32,590 nucleotides of DNA from a virus. Its lineage: Duplodnaviria > Caudoviricetes. Of the stretch, positions 18,083 to 26,414 are shown piece after piece. Numbering within the stretch: position 1 is the first letter of the stretch; every line of letters begins with the position of its first letter. Below the pieces are notes generated by a model. That model was not told where the DNA came from and did no database searches. It was given only the letters and a program-made list of their open reading frames with translations. The DNA is taken from positions 1 through 32,590 of IMG/VR virus record IMGVR_UViG_3300020043_001384. The stretch is one strand, 5' to 3'. Made by a program: the position numbers and the translations under genes.

Positions 18083-18694
18083 TTATGTAAGTGTTGTGCC
18101 TGAAACGGTGAATGTTCTGACTGCTAAATATTTCAAAGTATTTGCCTGATCCTGAAAGTTAATCCCAAAACCAAAGTTGAAAACATAAAACTTATTTGCC
18201 GTGCTTCCATCCAATGTGTTTGAAGTCCAAAATAAAGTATCTGCATTATTAAATGGAAAATAATTGAATGCACCTATTGTAAATGATTTTCCAAAATTAA
18301 CAATATTCTGCATTTCCCGTACGTTCGGAAGCCTCCATCCTTTTGTATAAGTTCCAATGCTGACCGCTGCTGCTCCATCTACTGCATCGTTCCAGGTTAC
18401 TGCAGTTGCGCTCGATGTACTACGATAACCGAGAACCGTGCTTCCATCGTAAGTTGACCAATCAATCACTATTTTGTTCGTGAATACTTCAGTACCGAAT
18501 TCGTCAAGAAATCTCTTTGTGTTGCCGTATGGATTATTGCCGAGCAAAGCCAAGAATGATGTTTGCCGACCTTCTTGAAGCCAACCATCATCATCATTTC
18601 GATAGGATATTGTTTGCCCCGTTTTTAAAAGTTTCGCTCCTATTGGAGTTGGTGCAGGTGCTGAACCCGACACAACGTGTCTCATCGTATACAT
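18083..18694 (-). CDS. DUF1566/Lcl-type C-type-lectin-fold protein
   Basis: KTGQT, TWNDA, GWRLPNVRE, FWTS, terminal VR motifs. Confidence 0.75.
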   Translation of the reverse strand: MYTMRHVVSGSAPAPTPIGAKLLKTGQTISYRNDDDGWLQEGRQTSFLALLGNNPYGNTKRFLDEFGTEVFTNKIVIDWSTYDGSTVLGYRSTSSATAVTWNDAVDGAAAVSIGTYTKGWRLPNVREMQNIVNFGKSFTIGAFNYFPFNNADTLFWTSNTLDGSTANKFYVFNFGFGINFQDQANTLKYLAVRTFTVSGTTLT

Positions 18695-18963
18695 TACAGA
18701 ACTAAAGCTACTGAACCACTTGTTAACTTAATCTGTACGAAAGTAGCATCTTTCAAAGGTCTAATCAATGCGCCTGCCTTAACTGCTGTCGCAGGTGTTG
18801 AAATATAAGAATCTTTAGATTCACCATTACTATCTGTCATTGTCTCAAATACCGTATCTTCAAGAATATAGATAGCATCACATTTGCCATTCCAAGCAGT
18901 AGTATCGTTTATAATATAGCTACCTTGCATAGCTGCTAAGATAGTTAACGGTTGAGTTGCCAT
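18694..18963 (-). CDS. Small beta-rich structural protein
   Basis: 89 aa, first gene after late promoter; ends IKLTSGSV. Confidence 0.6.
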   Translation of the reverse strand: MATQPLTILAAMQGSYIINDTTAWNGKCDAIYILEDTVFETMTDSNGESKDSYISTPATAVKAGALIRPLKDATFVQIKLTSGSVALVL

Positions 18964-18976
18964 AGTCTTTTATTTT

Positions 18977-19003
18977 TAATTGTATCTTATCCGTGTTTTT
19001 GTT
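18977..19003 (-). promoter_or_regulatory. Late promoter AACAAA-N13-TACAATTA (copy 3)
   Basis: Exact motif between terL stop and tail operon. Confidence 0.8.
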
Positions 19004-20154
19004 TAGAAGGCAACATAGCCGTCATCAGAATAGTACATCTCTTTAATGTAAACCGTTGCATATCGTATAGCATCCATCGCATCATCGAACAGCTTTACAG
19101 GTTCGTCTGTTATAGTATCTCCTATCTTCTTCCATTTGTAGTTATCATATTCCTTTTTGACTCTAGGATCGTCCAAACAATAAACACCAAATGTCTTTAC
19201 GTTGTCAATACCTTTCTTCACTACCTTGTTTGCGTTGCTTACGTTGTACCCTGCTATCTGAAGTTCTGCTATTATCTCAGGTCGTGCATAGTCAGCTATT
19301 ATGTCCGTGTTTTTGTCAATGTTCAACAGCTTGAACTTCTCTATCAGTTGGTTAGTGGTTAGATAGGACTCATAAATCACAGGCTCTATATAAATATCCT
19401 TTTCGTGCCAATAGATACGAACTAAGGCAGTAGGGTGGTTATAACCAAAGTCAAGTCCGTAGACGTAGTTCTGAAAGCGGATGGGTCTCTCACGCAGGAA
19501 CGTCCAGTTTGAGTAGATGTTACTCTTGCTTATAGCCTTCTCACCTAAAGCATAGATTTGATACAACGCCTCATCTGTTCGTTTAAGGTCTTCTATCTGT
19601 CTTTTAATGGATTCAGGCAGGAACGGATTGTCTTTGTATGTAGATTTGATTAGGATGGATTCCTCCTCCGGTAACTCATAAAGCCACGATGCAGACTCTG
19701 ACGGGTTGTAGTCAAAGATGAGTTTAGACTCCGTTCGCATATTAAGCTGCTGAAAGTCTTCAAACCATAACTCGTTAGCTTCGTTACACCATCCTATGTC
19801 TCGCTTTCTACCTCGTATCTTCTGCTCATCATCAACGCTAAAGAACTCTACTATACTTCCATTAGGAAACTTATAGATGTTCTCTGACATATTATGGTTC
19901 GCCTTTTCGTAGATTCCGAGGTCTCGCATTATCTCAAAGAAGTCACGCATTACCGTAGCACGCAAAGCAGGGAACGTCTTACGAACTATACTAACCACCT
20001 TGTTAGGGTTCTGTAAGCAATAGACGATAATAACCTGACATAGTGAGTAGGTCTTACTTGATCGTGAGCCTCCTTGATTAATAATGAATCTAGTCTGTCC
20101 GTTGGTTAGGCTAGTCCAGTTCTTCTCAAATATCGGTGTTGCCTTTATCTCCAT
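19003..20154 (-). CDS. terL: Terminase large subunit (PBSX/SPP1-like)
   Basis: GGSRSSKT Walker A, WCNEANE Walker B, DYNP, GLDFGY nuclease, DDAMDAIRY. Confidence 0.95.
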   Translation of the reverse strand: MEIKATPIFEKNWTSLTNGQTRFIINQGGSRSSKTYSLCQVIIVYCLQNPNKVVSIVRKTFPALRATVMRDFFEIMRDLGIYEKANHNMSENIYKFPNGSIVEFFSVDDEQKIRGRKRDIGWCNEANELWFEDFQQLNMRTESKLIFDYNPSESASWLYELPEEESILIKSTYKDNPFLPESIKRQIEDLKRTDEALYQIYALGEKAISKSNIYSNWTFLRERPIRFQNYVYGLDFGYNHPTALVRIYWHEKDIYIEPVIYESYLTTNQLIEKFKLLNIDKNTDIIADYARPEIIAELQIAGYNVSNANKVVKKGIDNVKTFGVYCLDDPRVKKEYDNYKWKKIGDTITDEPVKLFDDAMDAIRYATVYIKEMYYSDDGYVAF

Positions 20155-20554
20155 TCGTTACGATTGTAACCTTGACTTCATTCAAGTCCTTACCGTTGGT
20201 TGTTACGTCTGTCTTCTCTGTGAGTCCGTTTAACCTTTGAGTTATTGACGGGTTGTATTGTCCTACCATACCACCTTCAATTTGGTCTTGACGAATCAAT
20301 CTCTTTATGCGTGAGCAGATGTTCAGATATTCAGTATAAGCATTATCTTGATTAACAAAGTACTGATGAACGCAACCTATTACCTCTTCGCAGTAATTCT
20401 CAAATCCTTCCATTGTTAAAGGTGGTGTATGCCATTCTGACTTTACTCCGGTTGCAGTTGCCTTCTGTATCTCTCTTGGCTTTCTGTTTGCCTTGTATGC
20501 TTCGAATAGTTCGTATAGCTTTTCGGGTGTTTCTATGTATTTCTTCTTTCCCAT
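20126..20554 (-). CDS. terS: Terminase small subunit (P22 gp3-like)
   Basis: PLTMEGF, DQIEGGMVGQYNPSITQRLNGL motifs; overlaps terL. Confidence 0.85.
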   Translation of the reverse strand: MGKKKYIETPEKLYELFEAYKANRKPREIQKATATGVKSEWHTPPLTMEGFENYCEEVIGCVHQYFVNQDNAYTEYLNICSRIKRLIRQDQIEGGMVGQYNPSITQRLNGLTEKTDVTTNGKDLNEVKVTIVTNGDKGNTDI

Positions 20555-20556
20555 TG

Positions 20557-21009
20557 TTAGAATTGTTTTCCGTGTTTTCCTAGTTCTTTTACCACATCGG
20601 GGTTGTTGTCGTAATGCAAGTCGATTCCTAGTTCTAATATCTTTTCTACCTTTGCTTTGTTGCTTCCTGTTGCATATATCCTGTCTGAAGGTATTCCTAG
20701 TTCCTTCCCTTTGTTTATCATTCCGTCTTTTTCTCTCCTTGCTGAGATGATGTAAAGCGTATCGTTTAGCGACTTTGCCAATTCAGTTCCATTATTAGTG
20801 TTCAATACACCGTCATAGTCAAAACTAATCTTCCTACCTGCGAAAGAATTTATGTAGTTGCTAAATCCCGACATTTTATCCTCACTCCAATAGGAATTGC
20901 ATACAGCATACCTTTGTGATTCTTCAGGATATTCACTGAGCATATTGTCATCTGACATACATCTTTGAAGATAGTCCGTCTTTTGCTCGTTTGGGTTTGG
21001 TTTAGGCAT
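20557..21009 (-). CDS. HAD-like phosphatase domain protein with short N-terminal phage module
   Basis: SFDYDGVL (DxD), ISAR, K, HYDNN HAD motifs; N-terminal PKP...E...RCM module. Confidence 0.65.
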   Translation of the reverse strand: MPKPNPNEQKTDYLQRCMSDDNMLSEYPEESQRYAVCNSYWSEDKMSGFSNYINSFAGRKISFDYDGVLNTNNGTELAKSLNDTLYIISARREKDGMINKGKELGIPSDRIYATGSNKAKVEKILELGIDLHYDNNPDVVKELGKHGKQF

Positions 21010-21190
21010 TTGTTTTTATGTTTTTGAAGTGTTCTAGGAATGTATCTTCGTTTACTTCTTCTATTGCTAGATAGTAGGGTTCGTTTGTTAGGTAGTTAAT
21101 GTAGTGGTGTCCGTGTTTTCGTAGGTTGTCCTGAATGTAGTCAGCCATTTCTGTCATATGTTCACCACTATCTACGATATAGTACTTCAT
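21002..21190 (-). CDS. Hypothetical protein
   Basis: 62 aa, overlaps both neighbours. Confidence 0.6.
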   Translation of the reverse strand: MKYYIVDSGEHMTEMADYIQDNLRKHGHHYINYLTNEPYYLAIEEVNEDTFLEHFKNIKTNA

Positions 21191-21336
21191 TCTGCTACAC
21201 TTATCAAGTTAAACAATAAATAACTAATTAAGGCAATACCCCCAAGTCTCATCGAATACTCCACGCTGAGGTTGATCAATGCTACAGCTGCTCCAACTGC
21301 TGCGAAGTAGTATAGCATAGCCGTAAATGTCCTCAT
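21187..21336 (-). CDS. 49-aa two-TM membrane protein (not in ORF track)
   Basis: MRTFTAMLYYFAAVGAAVALINLSVEYSMRLGGIALISYLLFNLISVAE; ATGA overlaps at both ends. Confidence 0.7.
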   Translation of the reverse strand: MRTFTAMLYYFAAVGAAVALINLSVEYSMRLGGIALISYLLFNLISVAE

Positions 21337-21602
21337 ATGTTCTTCTTTTTGCGTGTCCTCTTTTTCTTAGGCTCTTCATTTAGTGCTTTTTGAATAACCG
21401 TTTCTATATCGTGCTTTTCAGGGTCGTACTCTGTGATTGGTTCGTGTTTTTCTACCTCCTCCACAAAGTAACTCAAGTCAGTGTGATGTTTAACCCTATC
21501 CATTAACTCAGGTGTGATATCACTCACTTTAATAGTGAACGTGTTTGAACCTACCCTAAACGATACTTGGCTGTTTTCAAATCCTTTTTTCGGTCTTAGC
21601 AT
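21333..21602 (-). CDS. Hypothetical protein with basic C-terminal tail
   Basis: 89 aa ending PKKKRTRKKK. Confidence 0.6.
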   Translation of the reverse strand: MLRPKKGFENSQVSFRVGSNTFTIKVSDITPELMDRVKHHTDLSYFVEEVEKHEPITEYDPEKHDIETVIQKALNEEPKKKRTRKKKNI

Positions 21603-22083
21603 ATTCTATTAATTTTTCTAGTATTTCGTTTTTATACTTCCAGGCAGAAGTCCTGTCTATCTTGAAGTGATTGCTCAAATCTCCGCTTGATCGTTTACCT
21701 CTGTCATAGTAGACCTCCCATATTATTTGTTCGTAACGGTCTAAAGTGTTTAGAAAGCCCTCCAAGAATATCTCCTTATCAACCATCTGTTCAATGTCTT
21801 GAGAGTAAGTAATGTCAGGTGCTTTCTCGTCTCCTATTGTTACGGCTTCTTTCCTTAGTGTCTGAGAATTATAAAATGAGAGTTCCGTGTTTATATAGTT
21901 AATTGCCCAAACTGGTATCTCTTGTTCTGTCTTTAAGTCCTTTCGACCTATCAGATAGAGGTAAGACGCAGACACAAGGGTCTCAGGTTCGATATTCCTA
22001 CCAAAGTAGCTTATCTTCTTTTTACTGACCTCTATTAAGAAGTCGTAATTTTCAGCGTAGAATTTATCTATTAAAGACTTCAT
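21577..22083 (-). CDS. ECF/sigma-70-like transcription factor (probable late sigma)
   Basis: Region-2-like helices (FYAENYDFL...ETLVSASYLYL) and region-4 HTH (LDRYEQIIWEVYY...LSNHFKIDRTSAWKY); likely start ATG 22083. Confidence 0.7.
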   Translation of the reverse strand: MKSLIDKFYAENYDFLIEVSKKKISYFGRNIEPETLVSASYLYLIGRKDLKTEQEIPVWAINYINTELSFYNSQTLRKEAVTIGDEKAPDITYSQDIEQMVDKEIFLEGFLNTLDRYEQIIWEVYYDRGKRSSGDLSNHFKIDRTSAWKYKNEILEKLIEYAKTEKRI

Positions 22084-22270
22084 ACCATTCGATAAACTGC
22101 TTGGCATAGATATGCCTCCTTACAGCCGTACACATACAATAGGTGACCTCGTTAGTAGGGTTGTACTTATTGTATATGTTCTTAGCCTTGATAACCGTCT
22201 TTTTAACGACTAACCCATCAGCGAACTGATCACGAAGCCTATCCATTATTATCACTTCTTCCTGCTCCAT
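22064..22270 (-). CDS. Hypothetical protein with CxC motif
   Basis: 68 aa, overlaps neighbours. Confidence 0.6.
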   Translation of the reverse strand: MEQEEVIIMDRLRDQFADGLVVKKTVIKAKNIYNKYNPTNEVTYCMCTAVRRHIYAKQFIEWYEVFNR

Positions 22271-22515
22271 ATCTCATAGATTAACTCCAAACTAAATGCC
22301 AAGAAAGAAGCAATAACCGCCTTTTCAAAAGACCAAGTAACAGCCAATGCACTCCAAAAGGTTAAACACTTAACACAATCAAAAGCGTTAAGTAGATAAT
22401 CAGCCGTTTCAGTATTGAATATCCTGTGTGAATTTCTTAGCCAATGCAAACCAATGTGTATCGGCTCAAATTCTCTTATCCACCACGCTAAAGCAATTAA
22501 AAATAAATACTCCAT
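22252..22515 (-). CDS. Membrane protein with CxxC..FW motif (DUF1360-like)
   Basis: DCVKCLTFW plus hydrophobic helices. Confidence 0.6.
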   Translation of the reverse strand: MEYLFLIALAWWIREFEPIHIGLHWLRNSHRIFNTETADYLLNAFDCVKCLTFWSALAVTWSFEKAVIASFLAFSLELIYEIWSRKK

Positions 22516-22531
22516 CTGTTAAAATTTTAAC

Positions 22532-22539
22532 CAAATATA
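22532..22539 (-). promoter_or_regulatory. Host-type -7 box TATATTTG for sigma-terminase operon
   Basis: Consensus TAnnTTTG in 35-nt intergenic gap, 16 nt before ATG. Confidence 0.6.
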
Positions 22540-22550
22540 CAAATTTTTCG

Positions 22551-23189
22551 TTAAGTTTGGTATTTTAATCGATAAATTTCATTAGCGAGCTCTATCTGTC
22601 GGTGTTCTTTCTTTACCTCCCTGCCGTAGATAGTCTTTTCTATTGGTATAGGCTGTTGGATAATCCAATCTCCTGCGTGTCCTAAGTGGGTTATGTTAAC
22701 ACCTTGCTTTGCCGCTTCAAGACTAAAGATAATATCACTCATTAACTTGTCTTCGTGTTTCCATAGGTCAACCGGATTGAATAAATCAGTTCTCCATCCA
22801 CTTACTCCAGTACCCGCCACATCAATCAAAGCAGTCTGAGGGAAATTTCGCAAACAAGCGTAGGCTTTATGTCCTTTGTAGTAGCTTCTATTAATTCCTT
22901 GTAACTTTCTTCCGTGAAAAGTACATATCGTCCCGTGTTTTTCTACTCCATTAAGCAAAGTTTCAACGTAATCAGGTGGATAGATTAGGTCATCATCGCA
23001 GGTTAAAGCGTATATTGGCTCTTGAAAGTATTCTAAGAATCTGAATTTGCCGTTATCCGTTGCGTTGTAAGGCTCTTTCTCGTTATCGTAAACCCAAATA
23101 TCATCCACGTACTTAATAAGGCTGTCAATAGTCTTATTTAACGTCTCCTCACGCCCTGCGTGTGTAGCAATCCCTACGATAATACGCAT
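22551..23189 (-). CDS. GT-A fold (GT2-like) glycosyltransferase
   Basis: IVGIAT..R...L..TI.SL, TCDDDLIYPPDY (DxD), GTG, MSD motifs. Confidence 0.8.
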   Translation of the reverse strand: MRIIVGIATHAGREETLNKTIDSLIKYVDDIWVYDNEKEPYNATDNGKFRFLEYFQEPIYALTCDDDLIYPPDYVETLLNGVEKHGTICTFHGRKLQGINRSYYKGHKAYACLRNFPQTALIDVAGTGVSGWRTDLFNPVDLWKHEDKLMSDIIFSLEAAKQGVNITHLGHAGDWIIQQPIPIEKTIYGREVKKEHRQIELANEIYRLKYQT

Positions 23190-23725
23190 AACATATCGAA
23201 TTTAACTTGCTCACACTTATATCCAATCTTCTCTAACCTCTTTACAACGGCTTTAACTTGGTCTTGGTTGCTTAGTACGTTGGATTCAAACTGAATTGTT
23301 TTAGGTTTGATCGTGCAAGTATCTAAAAAGTCATTCAGAATGATGGTGTCGTGTCCTTCCGTGTCAATCTTTAGCGTGTCGATTTCTGTGATTCCGTGTT
23401 TTTCAAGTAGCGTTTTGATTCTAACCACTTCGACAACCTCATAACTCAAGAATTTATCCCATCCGTTACTGATAATAGTAGGATGCGGTACGCCAACCGA
23501 ATTGCAACCACGAACCCAATTAGGCAAACCCTCGCTTTGAATCACTACCGAAGGGATATAATATAAATCGATGAATCCTTCTTTATTGCTTACCGCTACG
23601 TTTTCTTTTAGGCATTTAGGTAATCGGTTGAAGTGCTCTTTTACAGGCTCAACAAATAAACCCGACCTCTTTCCTGCTTCAGTTCTAAAGTCTGACGTTC
23701 CTATTTCAACTATTTCTACTTTCAT
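23174..23725 (-). CDS. FkbM-family SAM methyltransferase
   Basis: VEIG, VEPV, NVAVS, IDTLKIDTEGHD, IQFE motifs. Confidence 0.85.
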   Translation of the reverse strand: MKVEIVEIGTSDFRTEAGKRSGLFVEPVKEHFNRLPKCLKENVAVSNKEGFIDLYYIPSVVIQSEGLPNWVRGCNSVGVPHPTIISNGWDKFLSYEVVEVVRIKTLLEKHGITEIDTLKIDTEGHDTIILNDFLDTCTIKPKTIQFESNVLSNQDQVKAVVKRLEKIGYKCEQVKFDMLCVLS

Positions 23726-24351
23726 CTGCTTATAAGTGGGGTTTTCTTTCGCTCTTCTCCGTGCATTGTGCTTTCGTGGTCTCCGTGTTTTGCTAGGCTC
23801 TTAATCGGTAAGTACATTTTTACTCCGTTCCTGTTGAATTTAAAGGTTAATTGCTGACCTACTCCGCTTGAAATGTCACGATACTTAAATCGTTTTGGGT
23901 TTACTGGGTCTATAGTGAACTCTATCCGTTCAAGTGCTTCACGATTGCAGAAGAAACCGCAATCTGTAAAGTAAACCTTTCTGACGTATTGATCGACAGG
24001 TTCAGAGGGCTTCTGAATCCAACACCACTCCCGTCCATCGTTGATTATATTGCAGAGATACGGCTTGTTTTTGTATTTCTTGTGTAGCTTCTTAACCAGG
24101 TCAAGGTCTAAATCAAGAAAGTCATTAGGCATAAACAGAAAAAAGTCATCGTCTGAGGCTTTAGCTAGTTCGAACGCTACAAACCACTTTCTCCAAAACT
24201 CTTTCTTGCCTCCGTTCTTGAACTTAATCACATTAGTGTAGTCTATAAAATAAGAAGACCCGTCGTCTAGGACAACGGGGTTCAAATGCTTTAGATGGTT
24301 TAACACCTCCTTGAACATATCTTCTCTTTCGTAGTTAAATATGAAGGTCAT
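23722..24351 (-). CDS. GT-A fold glycosyltransferase
   Basis: VLDDGS, FMPNDF, DCGF, SSGVG, SLAKHG motifs. Confidence 0.7.
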   Translation of the reverse strand: MTFIFNYEREDMFKEVLNHLKHLNPVVLDDGSSYFIDYTNVIKFKNGGKKEFWRKWFVAFELAKASDDDFFLFMPNDFLDLDLDLVKKLHKKYKNKPYLCNIINDGREWCWIQKPSEPVDQYVRKVYFTDCGFFCNREALERIEFTIDPVNPKRFKYRDISSGVGQQLTFKFNRNGVKMYLPIKSLAKHGDHESTMHGEERKKTPLISR

Positions 24352-24443
24352 TCATTTGGATTTAAGCGTTCAAAGTTACAACCTCTATAAGCCCAACTTA
24401 GCAGCCAGTCTTTAGCCTTGAATCGACGTAGGACTGACCGCAT
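24348..24443 (-). CDS. Possible 31-aa ORF (not in ORF track)
   Basis: MRSVLRRFKAKDWLLSWAYRGCNFERLNPNE; stop overlaps next start as ATGA. Confidence 0.35.
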   Translation of the reverse strand: MRSVLRRFKAKDWLLSWAYRGCNFERLNPNE

Positions 24444-24465
24444 ATCTGTTGGTTTGTGCCGTGTT

Positions 24466-24732
24466 TTAGAATGGTAGGTCATTCTCAACTTTTTCAGGTT
24501 TAGCTTCAGGCTTCTCAACGAACTCAGCTTTAACGATCTTTCCGTCAGTCCAAGTAACCTTGCCGTTACCTACATAGACCTTCTTCGCTTTTGCTTCTCG
24601 CTCTTCTTTAGTCTGTGCAATCCATACAGAGGTATTGTTACCCCAGTCGTCTTGCTTGTCGTTAATACTCATTGTGTACTTATCGTACCCACCTTGTGCA
24701 TTCTTGATACTAAAATTGATTAGTGAACTCAT
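24466..24732 (-). CDS. Putative single-stranded DNA-binding protein
   Basis: 88 aa, D.WGN, QTKEERE, YVGNGK, acidic NDLPF tail; in recombination module. Confidence 0.7.
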   Translation of the reverse strand: MSSLINFSIKNAQGGYDKYTMSINDKQDDWGNNTSVWIAQTKEEREAKAKKVYVGNGKVTWTDGKIVKAEFVEKPEAKPEKVENDLPF

Positions 24733-25427
24733 AATTTTGATTTTAATTCGTTATAATACTCTCTACAAATATACACTTTTTCCTTGATTTTTTCTATTAT
24801 TGCTTCGTCTTTTTCTATCAAGAAAGCCTTTACTCTGTTCTTCTTTTCGATGCGGTCAATGTTATGTACAGCTAAAACTTCTTCCCAAGCGTAAGACTCC
24901 TTTTCTAAAGAATCCATATCAGTGAACTGAGGGTCTGTATCTAGTTTCCAAATTAACCTCCTGACTTCGTCGTTTAGAATCACGTCAGGTGTATTGGTCA
25001 AACAATAAGCAAGGATAGCGTTATCGACTCCAGTTAACCACATATAGCCTTGCAGTTGATAAAGGTAGTCCTTGTTTGGGATCTCGCTTTGAAAAAACGG
25101 AAACGTATTCGCAGAGTAACTTGACTTCACATCTAACACAAACTTTGAAGTAACTACATCCGGTGTTCCTTTGATAAATTCGTTTTCGAAATATTCTTCG
25201 TTCTTAACTATAAACTCAAGGTCTAATACATCGGCTGCAAGTTGAATAGATTCATCTTCTACCATATTCCCTTTATCTGTGTACCGGGATGTAAAGTCCT
25301 TTCTTATTCCGTAAACATCTTCAAGTACTAACTCTTCAATGTAACTCTTAGCAGTCTGTGAAAGAACCTCGCTTTTTGAACGAGGCTCTGTTAAGATTTT
25401 TCCTAATGCTGAACATCTTATCTTCAT
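24729..25427 (-). CDS. YqaJ/lambda-exo-like exonuclease
   Basis: IRCS, GTPD, DVKSS (PD-D/ExK), YQLQGYMWL. Confidence 0.85.
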   Translation of the reverse strand: MKIRCSALGKILTEPRSKSEVLSQTAKSYIEELVLEDVYGIRKDFTSRYTDKGNMVEDESIQLAADVLDLEFIVKNEEYFENEFIKGTPDVVTSKFVLDVKSSYSANTFPFFQSEIPNKDYLYQLQGYMWLTGVDNAILAYCLTNTPDVILNDEVRRLIWKLDTDPQFTDMDSLEKESYAWEEVLAVHNIDRIEKKNRVKAFLIEKDEAIIEKIKEKVYICREYYNELKSKL

Positions 25428-25978
25428 AGTAAAGCAATTACTGATTTCTGTACTTCTGTTAATTCATATCCTTGTAAAGCCTTCTTGAAAGCCTCAGCAG
25501 TTAGTTCTCCTTTCTCTATCTTGGCAAGACCGTTTTCGAATCTGTCTTGAGGGAAAGATGGCTTCGTGTTTTTGACAGCTACTGAAGCTGTCTGTGCATC
25601 GTCATCTTCGGTCTGAAGACATAGTAAAGACTGAAGCGTGTAACGTCTGTAGTAAGTGATAGCTGAACCGATCTTCTGAGGGTCTTGGATAGCAGGTAAC
25701 TGCATTGAACTGGAGATGCTTTCTCCTGACTCCGCATCCATAATAACCGTAGATACATAGCCGTCAACGATAGGTTGCATCATTAAGAGCCCGTGTTCAA
25801 GTAGGATAGGCTCAACTTCCTTCGTCAGAGCGTTAATGTCTGCGTAGTTGTTTTTAAAGTGTGGGTTCTTTGCGTTCTTAGATACCGCACCGATCTGTTG
25901 CTTTGCTCTCCATAGTTTAAACCATAGGGTCTGAGGCTTTGGAATAGCGTCTTCGAATGAATTTTCTTGCTTTTTCAT
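25424..25978 (-). CDS. erf: ERF-family ssDNA annealing protein
   Basis: KNPHFKNNYA, GSAITYYRRY, EDDDA signature. Confidence 0.9.
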   Translation of the reverse strand: MKKQENSFEDAIPKPQTLWFKLWRAKQQIGAVSKNAKNPHFKNNYADINALTKEVEPILLEHGLLMMQPIVDGYVSTVIMDAESGESISSSMQLPAIQDPQKIGSAITYYRRYTLQSLLCLQTEDDDAQTASVAVKNTKPSFPQDRFENGLAKIEKGELTAEAFKKALQGYELTEVQKSVIALL

Positions 25979-26002
25979 AGTTAATTATTTTAATTGTTTA
26001 AG

Positions 26003-26033
26003 CGAATTTAAGTAATGTTTTTTAATTGGCAAA
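26003..26033 (-). promoter_or_regulatory. Host-type promoter TTTG-N19-TAAATTCG for recombination operon
   Basis: Consensus spacing; shares AATTTTGCCA -33 context with early promoters. Confidence 0.65.
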
Positions 26034-26414
26034 ATTTAATTCGTGTTTTCGTATTTTTTCTTTCAAAGCCTCAAGTAGTTCCTCCTTTTCGTAGGTAGTC
26101 CACTTCTTTGTTGAGTTGGCTTTTATACGTAGTTCATCCATAAATACTTCGCCATATTCTTTAACTAGCCAAAAGGTAAACTCAGTCGGTGTTTTATGTG
26201 CTGAAAAAGACGAACTAAAAGTGTGATGCGCCACACATAAACAAACACCATTACTTTCATCCCATCGAACTGATTTATTTGATCTACTAAATATATGATG
26301 GCTGTTTAGTGTTTTGGTAGTTCCGCACACTTCGCATTTATTCCCTGCTTCTAGTTTTACTAATAACGACCAAGCATCGTCTAGTTTTCCGTCTATTCCT
26401 TTTAGTTTTTTCAT
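26022..26414 (-). CDS. NinG/HNH-like endonuclease
   Basis: CEVCG, HHIFSR, RWD..N..CLC..HH. Confidence 0.8.
   Translation of the reverse strand: MKKLKGIDGKLDDAWSLLVKLEAGNKCEVCGTTKTLNSHHIFSRSNKSVRWDESNGVCLCVAHHTFSSSFSAHKTPTEFTFWLVKEYGEVFMDELRIKANSTKKWTTYEKEELLEALKEKIRKHELNFAN

Noticed and set aside
18083-18694. Complete diversity-generating retroelement
   Set aside because: No reverse transcriptase, Avd or template repeat found in the window.
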